A stretch of DNA of 64,000 bases from Cyanobacteriota bacterium (GTDB taxonomy: Bacteria > Cyanobacteriota > Cyanobacteriia > Thermostichales > Thermostichaceae), in contig JANRIL010000045.1 of assembly GCA_033764955.1 (NCBI GenBank), positions 1-64,000 of the forward strand, read 5' to 3'. Shown here one piece after another: positions 9,700 to 21,623 of the stretch; position 1 is the first letter of the stretch, and every line of letters starts with the position of its first letter. The notes under the pieces are model-generated. The model saw only the letters and a program-made list of their open reading frames with translations, was not told the origin of the DNA and ran no database searches. The position numbers and the translations under genes are program-made.

Positions 9700-12600
9700 T
9701 TAACGGCGGGCAGTCGGTTCGGGGGTAAGGCTACGCCGCTTGGAAACCATTTGATAAGCTTCCACAATATCGCCGATCACCCAAGCCTGAAACTTCTCTA
9801 CACCGATACCACACTCAAACCCAGCCGCCACCTCCCGCACGTCATCCTTAAACCGTTTGAGGGAATCCAAACGCCCCTCAAAGACCAGTTCTCCCCGTCG
9901 CCGCACCCGCAGGTGGGCGTTACGCACAATCTTGCCCGATTGCACATAGCTGCCAGCAATTGCCCCTTTGCCAATGGTAATTACTTGACGGACTTCCGCC
10001 TGACCGAGGGGTTCTTCCACCTGTTCAGGTTCCAGTAATCCTTCCATCGCCGCTCGCAGATCATCGAGCAGGTTGTAAATCACATCGTACTCGCGGATAT
10101 CCACCCCATAGCGATCCGCTAACAGACGGGCACTGGCTGCCGTGCTAGTCGTAAAGCCAAGGATAATCGCGTTACTAGCCACCGCCAAATCGACATCGGT
10201 TTCTGTGATTTCGCCGGGAGCCGACAGCAACACCCGTAGCTGCACTTCCTGCTGGGGCAGATCCTGCAAGGAGGCCAGAATAGCTTCGGCGGATCCCTGA
10301 ACATCGGTCTTGAGGATTAAATTCAGTTCCTTGAGTTGACCCTCTTGAGCTTGGGCGGAGACACTGCCCAAACTGGCTCGCCGAGATAGACTAGTTTGTT
10401 GCAGACGGGCTTGATGTTGCTCCTCTGCCCTAGTTTCCGCCACCTGACGGGCTTCCCGCTCGTCTCGATAGACCAAAAATTCGTCTCCCGCCGCTGGAAC
10501 GCCATTCAAGCCCAACAGTTGCACCGCCGAGGACGGCCCAGCCTCCTGGAGGCGGTGTCCACGGTCATCCACCATGGCTTTGACGCGACCCAGCACGGAT
10601 CCCGCCACCAAGGTATCCCCAACGCGCAATGTACCGTTTTGCACCAAAAGGGTGGCAATCGGACCACGCGATTTATCCAGGTTGGCCTCGACAACAGTTC
10701 CACGGGCGGGTCGGTCGGGATTAGCCTGCAATTCTCCAATCTCAGCCACCAGCAGGATCATTTCCAATAGGCTATCCAGGTTGAGGCGGGCTAAAGCACT
10801 AACTTCCACCATGGGAGTATCTCCCCCCCATTCCTCTGGTACCAAGCTATGTTCCGCCAGTTGTTGTTTGATTCGGTCAGGCTGGCTATCGGGTTTATCG
10901 ATTTTGTTGACCGCAACAATGATGGGAACCTGAGCTGCTTGCGCGTGGCTAATGGCTTCTAGGGTTTGGGGCTGTACGCCATCATCCGCGGCCACGACGA
11001 GAACCGCAATATCTGTGACTTTGGCTCCTCTGGCTCGCATGGCGGTGAAGGCTTCGTGGCCAGGGGTATCCAAAAAGACAACCCGCTTGCTTTCCCCTTC
11101 ATGCTGCACATCCACATGGTAGGCTCCAATCCGTTGGGTGATCCCTCCCGCCTCTCCTTCTACGACCTTGGTGTCGCGGATGGCATCCAGTAAGGTGGTT
11201 TTGCCGTGATCGACGTGACCCATAATGGTGACCACGGGAGAACGGGAGACCAGATGCTCAATGTCGTCTAGGTCGAGCATTTCCGTCTTTTTGGCGGTAG
11301 ATTCCACCTGTTCAATTTCGATGGTGTATTCCAGCTCTTTGGCGACAACCTCGATAGTGGGGCGATCCAGCAGTTGGTTAAGATTGACCATCAACCCTTT
11401 CAAAAAGAGGATCTTAATGATTTCGGTGGGGGCAATCCGCATCCGATTCGCCAATTCCTGTACAGTTAACTCTCCGTGCAGGGAAAGAATCTTTTGTTGT
11501 GGCTCTTGCTCCGTTCTGGCTGTCTCTTGAGTAGCCTGGTGCGAACGGCGTCCTCGTCCAGCTAACCCGACGCTGGGGGGCCTTACTCTCGCTAGGGGAG
11601 GGGAGGTGGCAACATGCTGAGAGGGTGGCTTAGCGCTAGGACGGGGCAGAGGTTTCAGGGTATTGAGTTCCGCCTGCTTGGCTACCACAGATAGGGTGGT
11701 GTCAATTTCTAGCGTTTCCCCTTCTCCTTCTCCTTTACGGCGGCTACGCTTCCGCTTCGCTTGGGCACCACGCCCTACCCCCCGTTTCAGGGCTAGCAAT
11801 TCTTCATCCTCAGTCTCCTCCACTTCTTTGCGGCGCAATCGTGCCACAGGCCGAACCGGGGCATCCGCCAAAACAGGATTAGGACGCACTGGTGGAGTCA
11901 GGGATCCATCCGGGTTAGCTGTTGGGCGACTGGGGGGAGCCACCAGATCTGTTTTCAGACGAGGGGTGGGGCGAAGAGCTTTGTCGGGTGATTTCGTCCC
12001 CTCCCCGTCGGGGGTAGGGATCCCTTCTTTGCCCTGGAGAGCACGGGTTTCCGCCGCTCGTGTTCCCGGTCGGACGGGGGCACCCACCAACTGAGGGCGA
12101 GGGCTGGTCGGCTTGCTGGGGACGGGAGGAGCGGCCTCCGCTGGCCGCAGCGCTTTTACAGGCTCACTCGAACGGGGTCGGGGAGAGCTTAGGCTGGGAC
12201 GAGCCGGAGGAGCTACAGAATCCCGTTCCTGCTTACCAGGAGGAACTTCTGGCTGGGGGCGAGGGCTGGGGCGACCTTCCGGCGAAGCAGGGCGGCGGCT
12301 GGGAGCAGTCGCCGCAGGGCGGACGGGCGGCTCCGAGGAACGGGGAGGGGGAGCCAGTACCGCCGGACGCTGAGGAGATTGGGGTTCTGGCGGGGGAGGG
12401 GTCGGTTCTGAGAGGGGCGTTAGATTGGGGTCACTGAGGGAGAGAGGCGGCTCCACCTTCGGACTTTCCACCAGCCGCTGAGGAGCCACTGGGCGTTGGG
12501 GTGCCAGCGGGGGAGTCTCCTTAACTGTTTTTTCGGCAACTGTTTTTTCCGCGGATTCCGGCAGAGCCATTGCATCCGTTGAAGGTGGGGAAAGAGATTC

Positions 12601-13215
12601 TGACGCTTCGGGAAGGGGGGGGCGCTGGGGAGTAGTATTTTTTTCGGGAGGGCGCTGGGGAGGACGCACCAAGGTTGCGGAAGCAGCCTCAGCAGCAGCA
12701 GACCGACTCGGACGTTGGGGCACTTCGGGCGGGAAAGCGGTTTCGGCGGCGGACGGCGGAGAAACCTCCGCAAGTGGAGGGCGAGGAGTGGAGATCTTTT
12801 CTCCAACGGGTCTCCGCACCTCCAAGATATGCTGTGGACGGTCGTTCCGGCTGGGTTTGGGCTGAGGTCGGGGGGGGGTGGCGCGGGGCTTACTAGGAGC
12901 TGGCGGGGAGGGGTTGGAGTGGGTCAAATCTCCCCGCACCTGCTGAGCCTGCTCACGGGTAATTGTACTGCTATGGCTCTTATAGGGAATCTCTAGGCGG
13001 GTACAGACATCCATAACATCGCGGTTATCCCGACCCATTTCTCGTGCCAAATCATAGATGCGAACTTTATCGGGATCCTTTTCAGACACCGCCACCTCAG
13101 AGGTCTCGCTGAGAGAGGCTGCTCCACTGCCGGAGGGAGGATCGGTAGGGGGGGAGGGATCCTGCCAAGAAGGAGGATGCTCATGAGCGAGGGAAGTGGT
13201 TTCGGATGGGGTCAT
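9700..13215 (-). CDS. infB: Translation initiation factor IF-2 with long Pro-rich N-terminus
   Basis: [11 protein letters not shown]-domain; [42 protein letters not shown]. Confidence 0.98.
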   Translation of the reverse strand: MTPSETTSLAHEHPPSWQDPSPPTDPPSGSGAASLSETSEVAVSEKDPDKVRIYDLAREMGRDNRDVMDVCTRLEIPYKSHSSTITREQAQQVRGDLTHSNPSPPAPSKPRATPPRPQPKPSRNDRPQHILEVRRPVGEKISTPRPPLAEVSPPSAAETAFPPEVPQRPSRSAAAEAASATLVRPPQRPPEKNTTPQRPPLPEASESLSPPSTDAMALPESAEKTVAEKTVKETPPLAPQRPVAPQRLVESPKVEPPLSLSDPNLTPLSEPTPPPPEPQSPQRPAVLAPPPRSSEPPVRPAATAPSRRPASPEGRPSPRPQPEVPPGKQERDSVAPPARPSLSSPRPRSSEPVKALRPAEAAPPVPSKPTSPRPQLVGAPVRPGTRAAETRALQGKEGIPTPDGEGTKSPDKALRPTPRLKTDLVAPPSRPTANPDGSLTPPVRPNPVLADAPVRPVARLRRKEVEETEDEELLALKRGVGRGAQAKRKRSRRKGEGEGETLEIDTTLSVVAKQAELNTLKPLPRPSAKPPSQHVATSPPLARVRPPSVGLAGRGRRSHQATQETARTEQEPQQKILSLHGELTVQELANRMRIAPTEIIKILFLKGLMVNLNQLLDRPTIEVVAKELEYTIEIEQVESTAKKTEMLDLDDIEHLVSRSPVVTIMGHVDHGKTTLLDAIRDTKVVEGEAGGITQRIGAYHVDVQHEGESKRVVFLDTPGHEAFTAMRARGAKVTDIAVLVVAADDGVQPQTLEAISHAQAAQVPIIVAVNKIDKPDSQPDRIKQQLAEHSLVPEEWGGDTPMVEVSALARLNLDSLLEMILLVAEIGELQANPDRPARGTVVEANLDKSRGPIATLLVQNGTLRVGDTLVAGSVLGRVKAMVDDRGHRLQEAGPSSAVQLLGLNGVPAAGDEFLVYRDEREARQVAETRAEEQHQARLQQTSLSRRASLGSVSAQAQEGQLKELNLILKTDVQGSAEAILASLQDLPQQEVQLRVLLSAPGEITETDVDLAVASNAIILGFTTSTAASARLLADRYGVDIREYDVIYNLLDDLRAAMEGLLEPEQVEEPLGQAEVRQVITIGKGAIAGSYVQSGKIVRNAHLRVRRRGELVFEGRLDSLKRFKDDVREVAAGFECGIGVEKFQAWVIGDIVEAYQMVSKRRSLTPEPTARR

Positions 13216-13377
13216 AGGTTAGGGGATAGAAGCCAGTAAAAGGACAGGAAAAGTAATGGGCAGGTTCTGAGGAAATGCTGATAGAGAAGGAAGTCAACTC
13301 AGGGAAATCCAGAGGAGATAGGGATCTCGCCAGAAAGGGGCATAAGACAGGATGATTCAGGCCAGCACCGCTACCTG

Positions 13378-13653
13378 CTAATGAGGGGAGGCAAGTCGCT
13401 GCCACAAAACCTCATAGATGTGAGGCGGAATGGAAGCACGGAGGGCACGACCCAGACGATTTTTCTTTTGAGCATCCTGTAGGCAGCGAGATTGACGACA
13501 TAGATAGGCCGAGCGACCCATCCCTAAATCTAACTGAACTTGTTGCGAGGAAGCCACCCGCACAACACGCCAGAATTGGGATCGAGGGGCTAGCAGACGA
13601 CAACTGACGCAACAGCGTAGGGGTTGTCGGGGGGATTGAGCAGAAGTGAACAC
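13378..13653 (-). CDS. ylxR: YlxR (RnpM) family RNA-binding protein
   Basis: PLRCCVSCR..WRVVR..GMGRSAYLC..AQKKNRLGRAL; immediately upstream of infB. Confidence 0.9.
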   Translation of the reverse strand: MFTSAQSPRQPLRCCVSCRLLAPRSQFWRVVRVASSQQVQLDLGMGRSAYLCRQSRCLQDAQKKNRLGRALRASIPPHIYEVLWQRLASPH

Positions 13654-14277
13654 GGGTTTTGTTTATTCTACTCAATAGGTGCGGCCTACCCACTAGGCGG
13701 GAAGTCCGCTTTTCTCTCCCAGTGTATTACGAGCGTCAAGCCTACAACAGAAATTGGTCAGATCTACCATCCTAGAGAGATCGTTAAGCAACTCAGGAGT
13801 CAACTGCTGCGCCCAGAAGGGGAGGCAGCTTGTAACAAACTAGAATTCCTGGTCGGAAACATACGGGTTATTGACTGAACCCTGCTCTAGCGACTTGCTA
13901 GGAGTAGTAGAGAGCATGTAATCGGCCTTGATATTTAGTCGCAGCGTTTATATCGGCGTGAACCCTAAAGCCCCAGGTTTTGCCGTGGAATCTAGAGTTG
14001 TGGGGATTAGCATTGTCATGCTGCTTGCAACGACTGCACTTCTGAGAAGTGTATCGAGCATCACGTATCTAACTTATTTGCCTTGAGCTTCAGCTTTACT
14101 AATTTAGAAACTGCTCAAGCGGATAGAAACTCCAAGAAGATATCCACTTGTTAGCTGGTTTCGTTTTTGGGTCAGGGCGTACAGAAAGGTTATCTGATTG
14201 TGCTGCCTACGCTGGTTCTTGCAGTTTTGGTATAACCAAGGTATAGCTGAAGAGTAGGAATTACAGTTAAGGTCACT

Positions 14278-14514
14278 ATGAAAACTGCAATTTCCCTTCC
14301 AGATTCAGTTTTTGATGAGGCGGAAGCACTAGCTCAGCAGTTGGGCTTGTCGCGCAGTGAGCTTTATACGAAAGCCTTGCAAGCGTATTTGAAAAAGCAC
14401 AATCGCAATCAAATCTTGCACAAGCTGAACCAAGTTTACTCTCAAGAGGCTTCCGGACTGGATCCTACGATGGCAAAGATGCAATTTATGTCTCTCCCTC
14501 GTGGGGATTGGTAA
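14278..14514 (+). CDS. CopG/RHH-type antitoxin of a MazF/PemK TA pair (in cassette)
   Basis: MKTAISLPDSVFDEAEALAQQLGLSRSELYTKAL; stop overlaps the toxin start. Confidence 0.85.
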   Translation: MKTAISLPDSVFDEAEALAQQLGLSRSELYTKALQAYLKKHNRNQILHKLNQVYSQEASGLDPTMAKMQFMSLPRGDW

Positions 14515-14852
14515 TGTATCGGGGAGAAATTTGGTGGGCGAATTTACCTGATCCAGTGGGTTCAGAGCCTGGATATCGTCGTCCCGTTTTAGTCGTTCAA
14601 GATGATCCTTATTACTCAAAGCCGTATCAGTAAAGTTGTCGTTGTTATTATCACTTCAAATATTCAGTTGGCAGAAGCCCCAGGTAATGTATTTTACCGA
14701 AAGCAGCAACAGGCTTGTCTAAGGATTCAGTCGCTAATGTATCTCAAATTCTCACAGTCGATAAAGCATTCCTGGTTGAATGTATTGGTTCTCTGCCAAA
14801 TGACTTACAGGAGGAGATAGATGATGGACTACGAACAATCTTGTATCTGTAG
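14514..14852 (+). pseudogene. mazF: MazF/PemK toxin, inactivated by two frameshifts
   Basis: MYRGEIWWANLPDPVGSEPGYRRPVLVVQDD / TQSRISKVVVVIITSNIQLAEAPGNV / LPKAATGLSKDSVANVSQILTVDK..LRTILYL; the middle segment is out of frame and the start frame meets TAA before the second shift. Confidence 0.85.
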
Positions 14853-14859
14853 CAACACT

Positions 14860-14944
14860 TGCTAACAAGTCGCTACCGGAACGTGGCAAGCTGGTCGATT
14901 GAGTATTCAAAGTTATCTGCGTCCGGTGAGTTTGGTCGTTAATC
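14860..14944 (+). repeat. attC site of the solitary MazEF cassette (cassette 14151-14938)
   Basis: R'' TGCTAAC is complementary to the cassette start G/TTAGC at 14150; inner ACCGGA..TCCGGT pairing; R' G/TTAATC at 14938. Confidence 0.85.
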
Positions 14945-15166
14945 TTCTTGGTTCTCCATTGATTGCGAATGCCTGACAAATCCTCTAAGGCGTAGGCATT
15001 TGCCCCGTGAAGTGCAGCCAGTTTCTTGCTTATACGGTGGCTGCAGTCGCGCATGAACCGCTTCTCTCTGCCTGACGTAGTTCCCTATACCCTTTAGCTT
15101 TGCTGACAAGGGCTGGTTGTCCATTCTTTTCCTGAAGAGAGCCTTGAATTGAGGGATCCCGAACCC

Positions 15167-15435
<269 letters not shown>

Positions 15436-15437
<2 letters not shown>

Positions 15438-15890
15438 ATGGGGTTTCTCAATGCCGTTTCGTGATGACCCATTCGTCAAGGGCTGACAACGTCTCGCGTC
15501 CCAACTAAAAAAGCTTACATACTAGCTCAGCGGTTAGAGCACTTTCCTCAAGAGAAAGGTGTCGTAGGTTCAAATCCTACATATGACCAACAGCTTTTTT
15601 GACTTGCGTGAGGCTCATTTTTCTGGGTAAAGGGCTGCGCCCTAACTTCCAGAGCCTACATACTCTCCCAAACAAGGTGCGCCTATGGAGGTAGGTGCTG
15701 CAAGCCTGAACCTAAATAGCAGGCGTAGATAGGGGGATCCCCCTCTAACTCTACATGGCTCTGGTTACTAGCGCGGCTCTGCATACCCGTCATGATCCTC
15801 ACTCATCTCAAGCCAATTCCAACAACGGCATCCGATGTCAGAGAAAGATCGTTGGATCCATCCTTCGATAGCGGGTAGCGATCCAACCAT
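15436..15890 (+). ncRNA. Putative large structured ncRNA with an embedded tRNA-like domain (candidate Y-RNA analogue)
   Basis: No ORF of 60 aa or more in ~470 nt; long-range pairing TTTCTC/ATGCCGTT (15444-58) with AACGGCAT/GAGAAA (15824-46); D, anticodon and T arms at 15523-15580; several further hairpins. Confidence 0.7.
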
Positions 15891-15907
15891 GATGAGGAGG
15901 TGAAAAC

Positions 15908-17104
15908 ATGTTCGATACTTATGATCAAGAAGCTCCCACCCAAACGGTGGTCAGCAGCAAAACCCTTTTAAGTTTGGGCTGGCAGCCCCTCTATCGCCAA
16001 CTGGACTGGCTTTATTTGCAGCGCTTGATCACCCAAGATCCGGGGGAGTTTTGGCGGCACACGCTGGATGTGTGCGGAGAAGTTGCCAGCACCCTGGGGC
16101 GAACTGAATATACCTGGTGGGCAAACTGGCTGGGGGTGATCTCCGGCTATACCCGTCAGGAAGTGGAGAAGTTTTGGGACTATATCACTCCTGCTCCTAC
16201 GGAACCCAACTGGCGGCAACCCACCCTCACCACCCTTACCCCCGTTACTTATCCGGTGAGCCGTCAAGGGATCCCCATTCACGCTCTCTTGCATCGTTTG
16301 CAGGAGCTAACCGTGTTGAAGGTTTTAGAGTGGCTGGGGCCTCCTGACCGGATTACTCAACTGTTTCAGGGGCGATATTACTATCTGCCGCTGGATCGCT
16401 TTCGTCAATGGCATCAGTTGCAGGCGGATGGCACCATTTGGGGCTATTGGCAGGCTGCTGACATCTGGTTACAAATTACCCCCTATGGATCCCGACAGCG
16501 CAGCTACACCCTGATCGGGTCGGATCTCGATCCCTGGATCCGCAAAGCTACCCATAATTTAGCGGTGATGGTGAGTGGTTATCAAAGCCGGATTGGGCAG
16601 GTGCAGAGTTTGCACCCCCTCCGCAGTTTCCCCGCCGAGATTCAGGCTTTTTCGGATGTTGTGCAGGAGCGAGTCTGGCAACAGTCGCAGCTAGCGATTT
16701 TGGTGCATGGGGATCCCGGAACGGGCAAAACCGCCTGGACTCAAGCCATCGCCAAAGAGATCTTGGTGCCACTGGGGTATGTGATCTTTATTTTGGATCA
16801 TGATGCCGTTGAGAATTTTGTTCCTCCCAGCTATCTCAGCCGGATCGGTCTAATTATCAATGAAGCCGATAATTTGGCACAAAACCGCGCTCAAACGGCG
16901 GGATTTAACCACACCAAAACGGAACATGTTTTGAGCCTTTTGGATGGCACCCTTCATCAAAGTGTGTTGGATGAATCCCAGGATCAGCAAGCCCCTCGTT
17001 TGGTGGTGTTGCTAACCTGCAATACCCTGGAGCGGATGGATCCCGCCGTTTTGCGAAAAGGCCGGATTGATTGTCTCTATGAGTTTCGGCATCGGTTTGT
17101 TTAG
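15908..17104 (+). CDS. AAA+ ATPase with uncharacterised N-terminal domain
   Basis: Walker A GDPGTGKT, variant Walker B LIINEAD, second region of homology TCNTLERMDPAVLRKGRID; RBS GAGGAGG. Confidence 0.9.
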   Translation: MFDTYDQEAPTQTVVSSKTLLSLGWQPLYRQLDWLYLQRLITQDPGEFWRHTLDVCGEVASTLGRTEYTWWANWLGVISGYTRQEVEKFWDYITPAPTEPNWRQPTLTTLTPVTYPVSRQGIPIHALLHRLQELTVLKVLEWLGPPDRITQLFQGRYYYLPLDRFRQWHQLQADGTIWGYWQAADIWLQITPYGSRQRSYTLIGSDLDPWIRKATHNLAVMVSGYQSRIGQVQSLHPLRSFPAEIQAFSDVVQERVWQQSQLAILVHGDPGTGKTAWTQAIAKEILVPLGYVIFILDHDAVENFVPPSYLSRIGLIINEADNLAQNRAQTAGFNHTKTEHVLSLLDGTLHQSVLDESQDQQAPRLVVLLTCNTLERMDPAVLRKGRIDCLYEFRHRFV

Positions 17105-17218
17105 CCACGGATGGAGAGCTGTGAGTTTCTCCATTTCTCCTCCTATTCGATTGATCAATTTTGATTGGTCAATTTTTAGATAGGTTGATCATTTTCTGGA
17201 TGATATTTTGTTTTTTAG

Positions 17219-18682
<1,464 letters not shown>

Positions 18683-18734
18683 GGGGCTGGCTTTCCTGCC
18701 AGTTTCGCCGAGGATGACTCAATCAATCTGCCTA

Positions 18735-18765
18735 GGGATCCCCACCGAGCGGGGATCCCTTTTAT
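18735..18765 (+). terminator. Probable intrinsic terminator after the vWA gene
   Basis: AGGGATCCCC..GGGGATCCCT hairpin followed by TTTT. Confidence 0.55.
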
Positions 18766-18789
18766 TCAATTTACTCACATTTGCTCAAC

Positions 18790-18980
18790 GCAAGGAAGTT
18801 TTTTAGGGCTAGGTGTAAGGTTATTATCGTTCACTAAGTCAGATAAAAACCCTTCACAAATGATTATTCTACGAAATGTTGACCATGCAGACACTGCAGA
18901 GCGATATTTTACTTGTGGACAAATAAAGGCTTTGCTAAGTTAGATATCAGGTATCTTGCCATTGAATCATATGTTAGCTG
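18790..18980. promoter_or_regulatory. Integron platform 2: ~14-codon intI stub (minus strand) and putative attI (G18973/TTAGCT)
   Basis: Minus strand from GTG 18834 reads MNDNNLTPSPKKL, as intI at 934; TTATCGTTCA.TAAG..AGATAAAAACC shared with 924-951; ends CATATGTTAG versus CACATGTTAG. Confidence 0.75.
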
Positions 18981-19051
18981 ACTTCTCCCTCAGATTATGA
19001 GAATACTTTGAAAGGGCTTGGCACTCTAATTAGCGGTAAGGTTGTCTGATA

Positions 19052-19870
19052 GTGCAGCATAAGGTCTCGAACAATGGGAAAAATGTTTACTACAGCAAAA
19101 TTGCTGATATTTATGATCAAACTCGCTGGCTGACAGAACAAGTCGCTGAGGAAGTTGCAGATTTTATTCTTACTCTAGTCAAGGCAACTCCTGAAACCAC
19201 TTTTTTGGAACCTGGTATAGGAACTGGGTTAAACGTTCTTCCTTTAGTAAGACGTGGCTATTGTGTGACTGGCATTGATGTTTCTCAGGAAATGCTTAAC
19301 CAGTTTTGTCAAAAGCTGCCTGAAATTCCCCCGAATCTGAAACTGATTCATGGTGATGCCTCACAACTACCTTTTGCAGACACCAGCTTTGACGTTGTGC
19401 TAACTGTTCATATGCTTCATACTGTTTCCAACTTAGGAACATTTTTAGATGAAATCGATCGTGTCCTAAAACCAAAAGGTTTCTATCTTAATGCTCAATG
19501 GATTACCCCACCCTCACGACTAGAATTTGAGCAGTATTTCAAAACTATCTTATCTAAGTATCAAGAGCCACAACCTTCACAACAGCCAGGTAAAGTAATT
19601 AACGAAATTAATGTAGAGAAGTACTTACGTAATAAGGGGTATCAGTGTAATTATTTGATAGCTAAGGAATGGACGGTCAGCAACCAGGTTCAGGAATTAC
19701 TCAGTTTCTACAGGTCACGGGCATACGGGTTGTGTTGGCTCGTTCCAGATGAAGCGTTTCATCTGGCAATGGAAGAGTTGGAAGTATTTTGTCATGACTA
19801 TTATGGTTCATTGGAGGTGGAGTTATCATCCCAGGCACGATTTGAAATATGGGCATACACCGCAAGCTAA
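19052..19870 (+). CDS. Class I SAM-dependent methyltransferase (cassette)
   Basis: FLEPGIGTG, TGIDVSQEML, GDASQLPFADTSFDVV, RVLKPKG. Confidence 0.9.
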   Translation: MQHKVSNNGKNVYYSKIADIYDQTRWLTEQVAEEVADFILTLVKATPETTFLEPGIGTGLNVLPLVRRGYCVTGIDVSQEMLNQFCQKLPEIPPNLKLIHGDASQLPFADTSFDVVLTVHMLHTVSNLGTFLDEIDRVLKPKGFYLNAQWITPPSRLEFEQYFKTILSKYQEPQPSQQPGKVINEINVEKYLRNKGYQCNYLIAKEWTVSNQVQELLSFYRSRAYGLCWLVPDEAFHLAMEELEVFCHDYYGSLEVELSSQARFEIWAYTAS

Positions 19871-19950
19871 CACTTCACGGCAGCGGACGGTCGAAAGTCG
19901 CTTATACTGTGTTCGAGGTTATCTACCGCCGCTACGTTATGCCGTTAGGC
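19865..19950 (+). repeat. attC site
   Basis: R'' AGCTAAC matches the cassette start GTTAGCT; GCAGCGGACGG..CCGCCGCTAC pairing; R' GTTAGGC at 19944. Confidence 0.85.
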
Positions 19951-19956
19951 AGAAAT

Positions 19957-20634
19957 ATGAAAATCACTGAAGTTCGCCAACAGAGCTGGCACACCCTAAT
20001 TTGTAATTACTACGTTTGCTCCTCATGTAGTGTTGTGGATCGTGATTCATCGCGCATGACAATTGGCACTCCTTGCAAGAAGTGCAGTGCACCAAGCCCT
20101 TCTGCTCGCTTATATTTCGGAGTAGAACTTTGCCAGCTTGTGAATTCTATTCAGGATCTATATTTTATTCGTAGCGGAAAAATCACGCACGAGGATGAGG
20201 ACTTCGGAACACAGAAGTATGACATGGAATCCGATATGCGCCCGATATCTGCCATATTATTCTGCACTATTTTTGATGTCCTGATGACAGGGCTAATCAA
20301 AAATATAATGCTTCGAAAAAGCATCCCACAGGAAATTCAAGATTTGTTACTCAAGAACTACCAGTTTGCGATGAAAAAACGCGATCAGCTTTATCCAAAA
20401 CTTCTGAAGGAATCATTCCTCGAATCGATAAAAACAATTAAGGTGGAGACGACACACGATTTCGAGCCTCATTTCGATTATGCGGATAAACTAGCTAAAA
20501 AAAGAAATAAATTTGTTCACAAAGGTGTAAAATGGGTCTTCACGGAAGACGAACTTGACAACATTCCGCATGAATTGCACCCACTGTTTAGCGGTTTTGT
20601 TGCCCTACATAATTATCAAAATGATAAAATCTAA
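19957..20634 (+). CDS. Cassette protein: Zn-ribbon plus HEPN-like domain
   Basis: CSSC..CKKC at the N-terminus; RNKFVH (RxxxxH) near the C-terminus; AT-rich. Confidence 0.6.
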   Translation: MKITEVRQQSWHTLICNYYVCSSCSVVDRDSSRMTIGTPCKKCSAPSPSARLYFGVELCQLVNSIQDLYFIRSGKITHEDEDFGTQKYDMESDMRPISAILFCTIFDVLMTGLIKNIMLRKSIPQEIQDLLLKNYQFAMKKRDQLYPKLLKESFLESIKTIKVETTHDFEPHFDYADKLAKKRNKFVHKGVKWVFTEDELDNIPHELHPLFSGFVALHNYQNDKI

Positions 20635-20720
20635 TGAGCCAAACAAATGGATGGAACAACCAGGGATCAGCATGACCTAGTAGCAAGATAAGATGGAATA
20701 GCCTTGCTTCGAGCAATCGC

Positions 20721-21150
20721 ATGAGAAGAGTGTATTTAAACACCAGTGCTTACAACCGTCCGTTTGATGATCAAACTCAACCCAGGATTTTTCTTGAAAC
20801 CCAGGCTGTGATTATCATTTTGCAGATGGTTGAAGTAAAGACAGTTGAGTTGTTCAGTTCCTCGGTTTTAGAATATGAGAACAGCCATAATCCCTATCTC
20901 ATCAAACAGGAGACAATGAGTTGATATCTCCAGTTAGCCGAATTAAGGTAAGAAGTTGATGAAGCAATCCGTCAGAGAGCCGAGGAATTAGAACAAAATG
21001 GATTGAAAGTGATTGATGCGTTGCATATTGCATGTGCTGAAGTGGTTAACAGCAATTATTTCATTACTTGTGACAAGCGGCTGATCAATCGGTGTTCAGG
21101 TTAACGATGAAAGTGATGAATCCAGCCAATTTTGTTTTGGAAGTGAGTGG
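20721..21150 (+). pseudogene. PIN-domain (VapC-like) toxin, disrupted
   Basis: RVYLNTSAYNRPFDDQTQPRIFLE..SSSVLEYENS, then stops, then LKVIDALHIACAE..YFITCDKRL and a frameshift. Confidence 0.8.
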
Positions 21151-21368
21151 CGATGATCCAAGTTAAGAGTGAGCAACAAGTTTTGCAAGAAGGGTTTCAG
21201 ATTTTACTATCTAATATGAAACCGTCTGATGTTGCTCGTTTCTGGGCAGTTTGCAATATCGGTCAGGGAGATTACTTGAAACTCAAAGACCAGCTTTTTG
21301 CCCAAGAATCTGTAGGCAGCTTGTACTCCAAGATTGTAGACTTACAAGCATCAAAGCGCGAAACCTAA
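21147..21368 (+). CDS. Probable antitoxin partner of the PIN toxin
   Basis: 73 aa, directly downstream of the PIN gene; GQGDYLKLKDQLF motif typical of these partners. Confidence 0.65.
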   Translation: MAMIQVKSEQQVLQEGFQILLSNMKPSDVARFWAVCNIGQGDYLKLKDQLFAQESVGSLYSKIVDLQASKRET

Positions 21369-21449
21369 TAATTCAAATGCAGCAGATGGTTGAGAGGTTT
21401 TGGTGCTGAGTTCAAGTTTGTTTTCCACCGCTGATTTGAGCCGTTATAC
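21363..21449 (+). repeat. attC site (R'' mutated to AAT)
   Basis: ACCTAAT..TCAAATGCAGC....GCTGATTTGA..G/TTATAC at 21443. Confidence 0.75.
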
Positions 21450-21623
21450 AGCCTAAATTTTAGGCCATCGTTGTTTGAAACCTATTTGTGAATGTTCAAG
21501 ATTAGGCAGTGCTAATTTTCCAATAGTCTTCAGACTTTCCTCTATTGAATTTGAGGCGTCTAATCACTTACTTAGACTTTGGAGATTAGCTCTATGTGAA
21601 AGAAGAGCTAGAGGCAAGTTGCA

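Larger units (their letters stand above)
13799..15130 (-). mobile_element. tnpB: Decayed IS200/IS605-family element (tnpB pseudogene plus right end), split by an integron cassette
   Basis: Minus-strand fragments MRDCSHRISKKLA..YALEDLSGIR..KKIN | KWISSWSFYPLEQFL..KAEAQGK..ARYTSQKCSRC..HADINAA; right-end hairpin GCTGCCTCCCCTTCTGGGCGCAGCAGTTGAC ending near 13799. Confidence 0.85.

Noticed and set aside
10119..13184. Numerous overlapping ORFs within infB (similarly within clpB, dnaX, cas10)
   Set aside because: Shadow frames of GC-rich, well-identified genes
15516..15591. Annotation as a functional tRNA-Leu(CAA)
   Set aside because: Only 4 of 7 acceptor pairs form, there is no long variable arm, and it is embedded in longer stems; treated as a tRNA-like ncRNA domain
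19849..19956. Long N-terminal extension of the Zn-HEPN ORF
   Set aside because: It runs through the attC site; the ATG at 19957 inside the cassette is the plausible start
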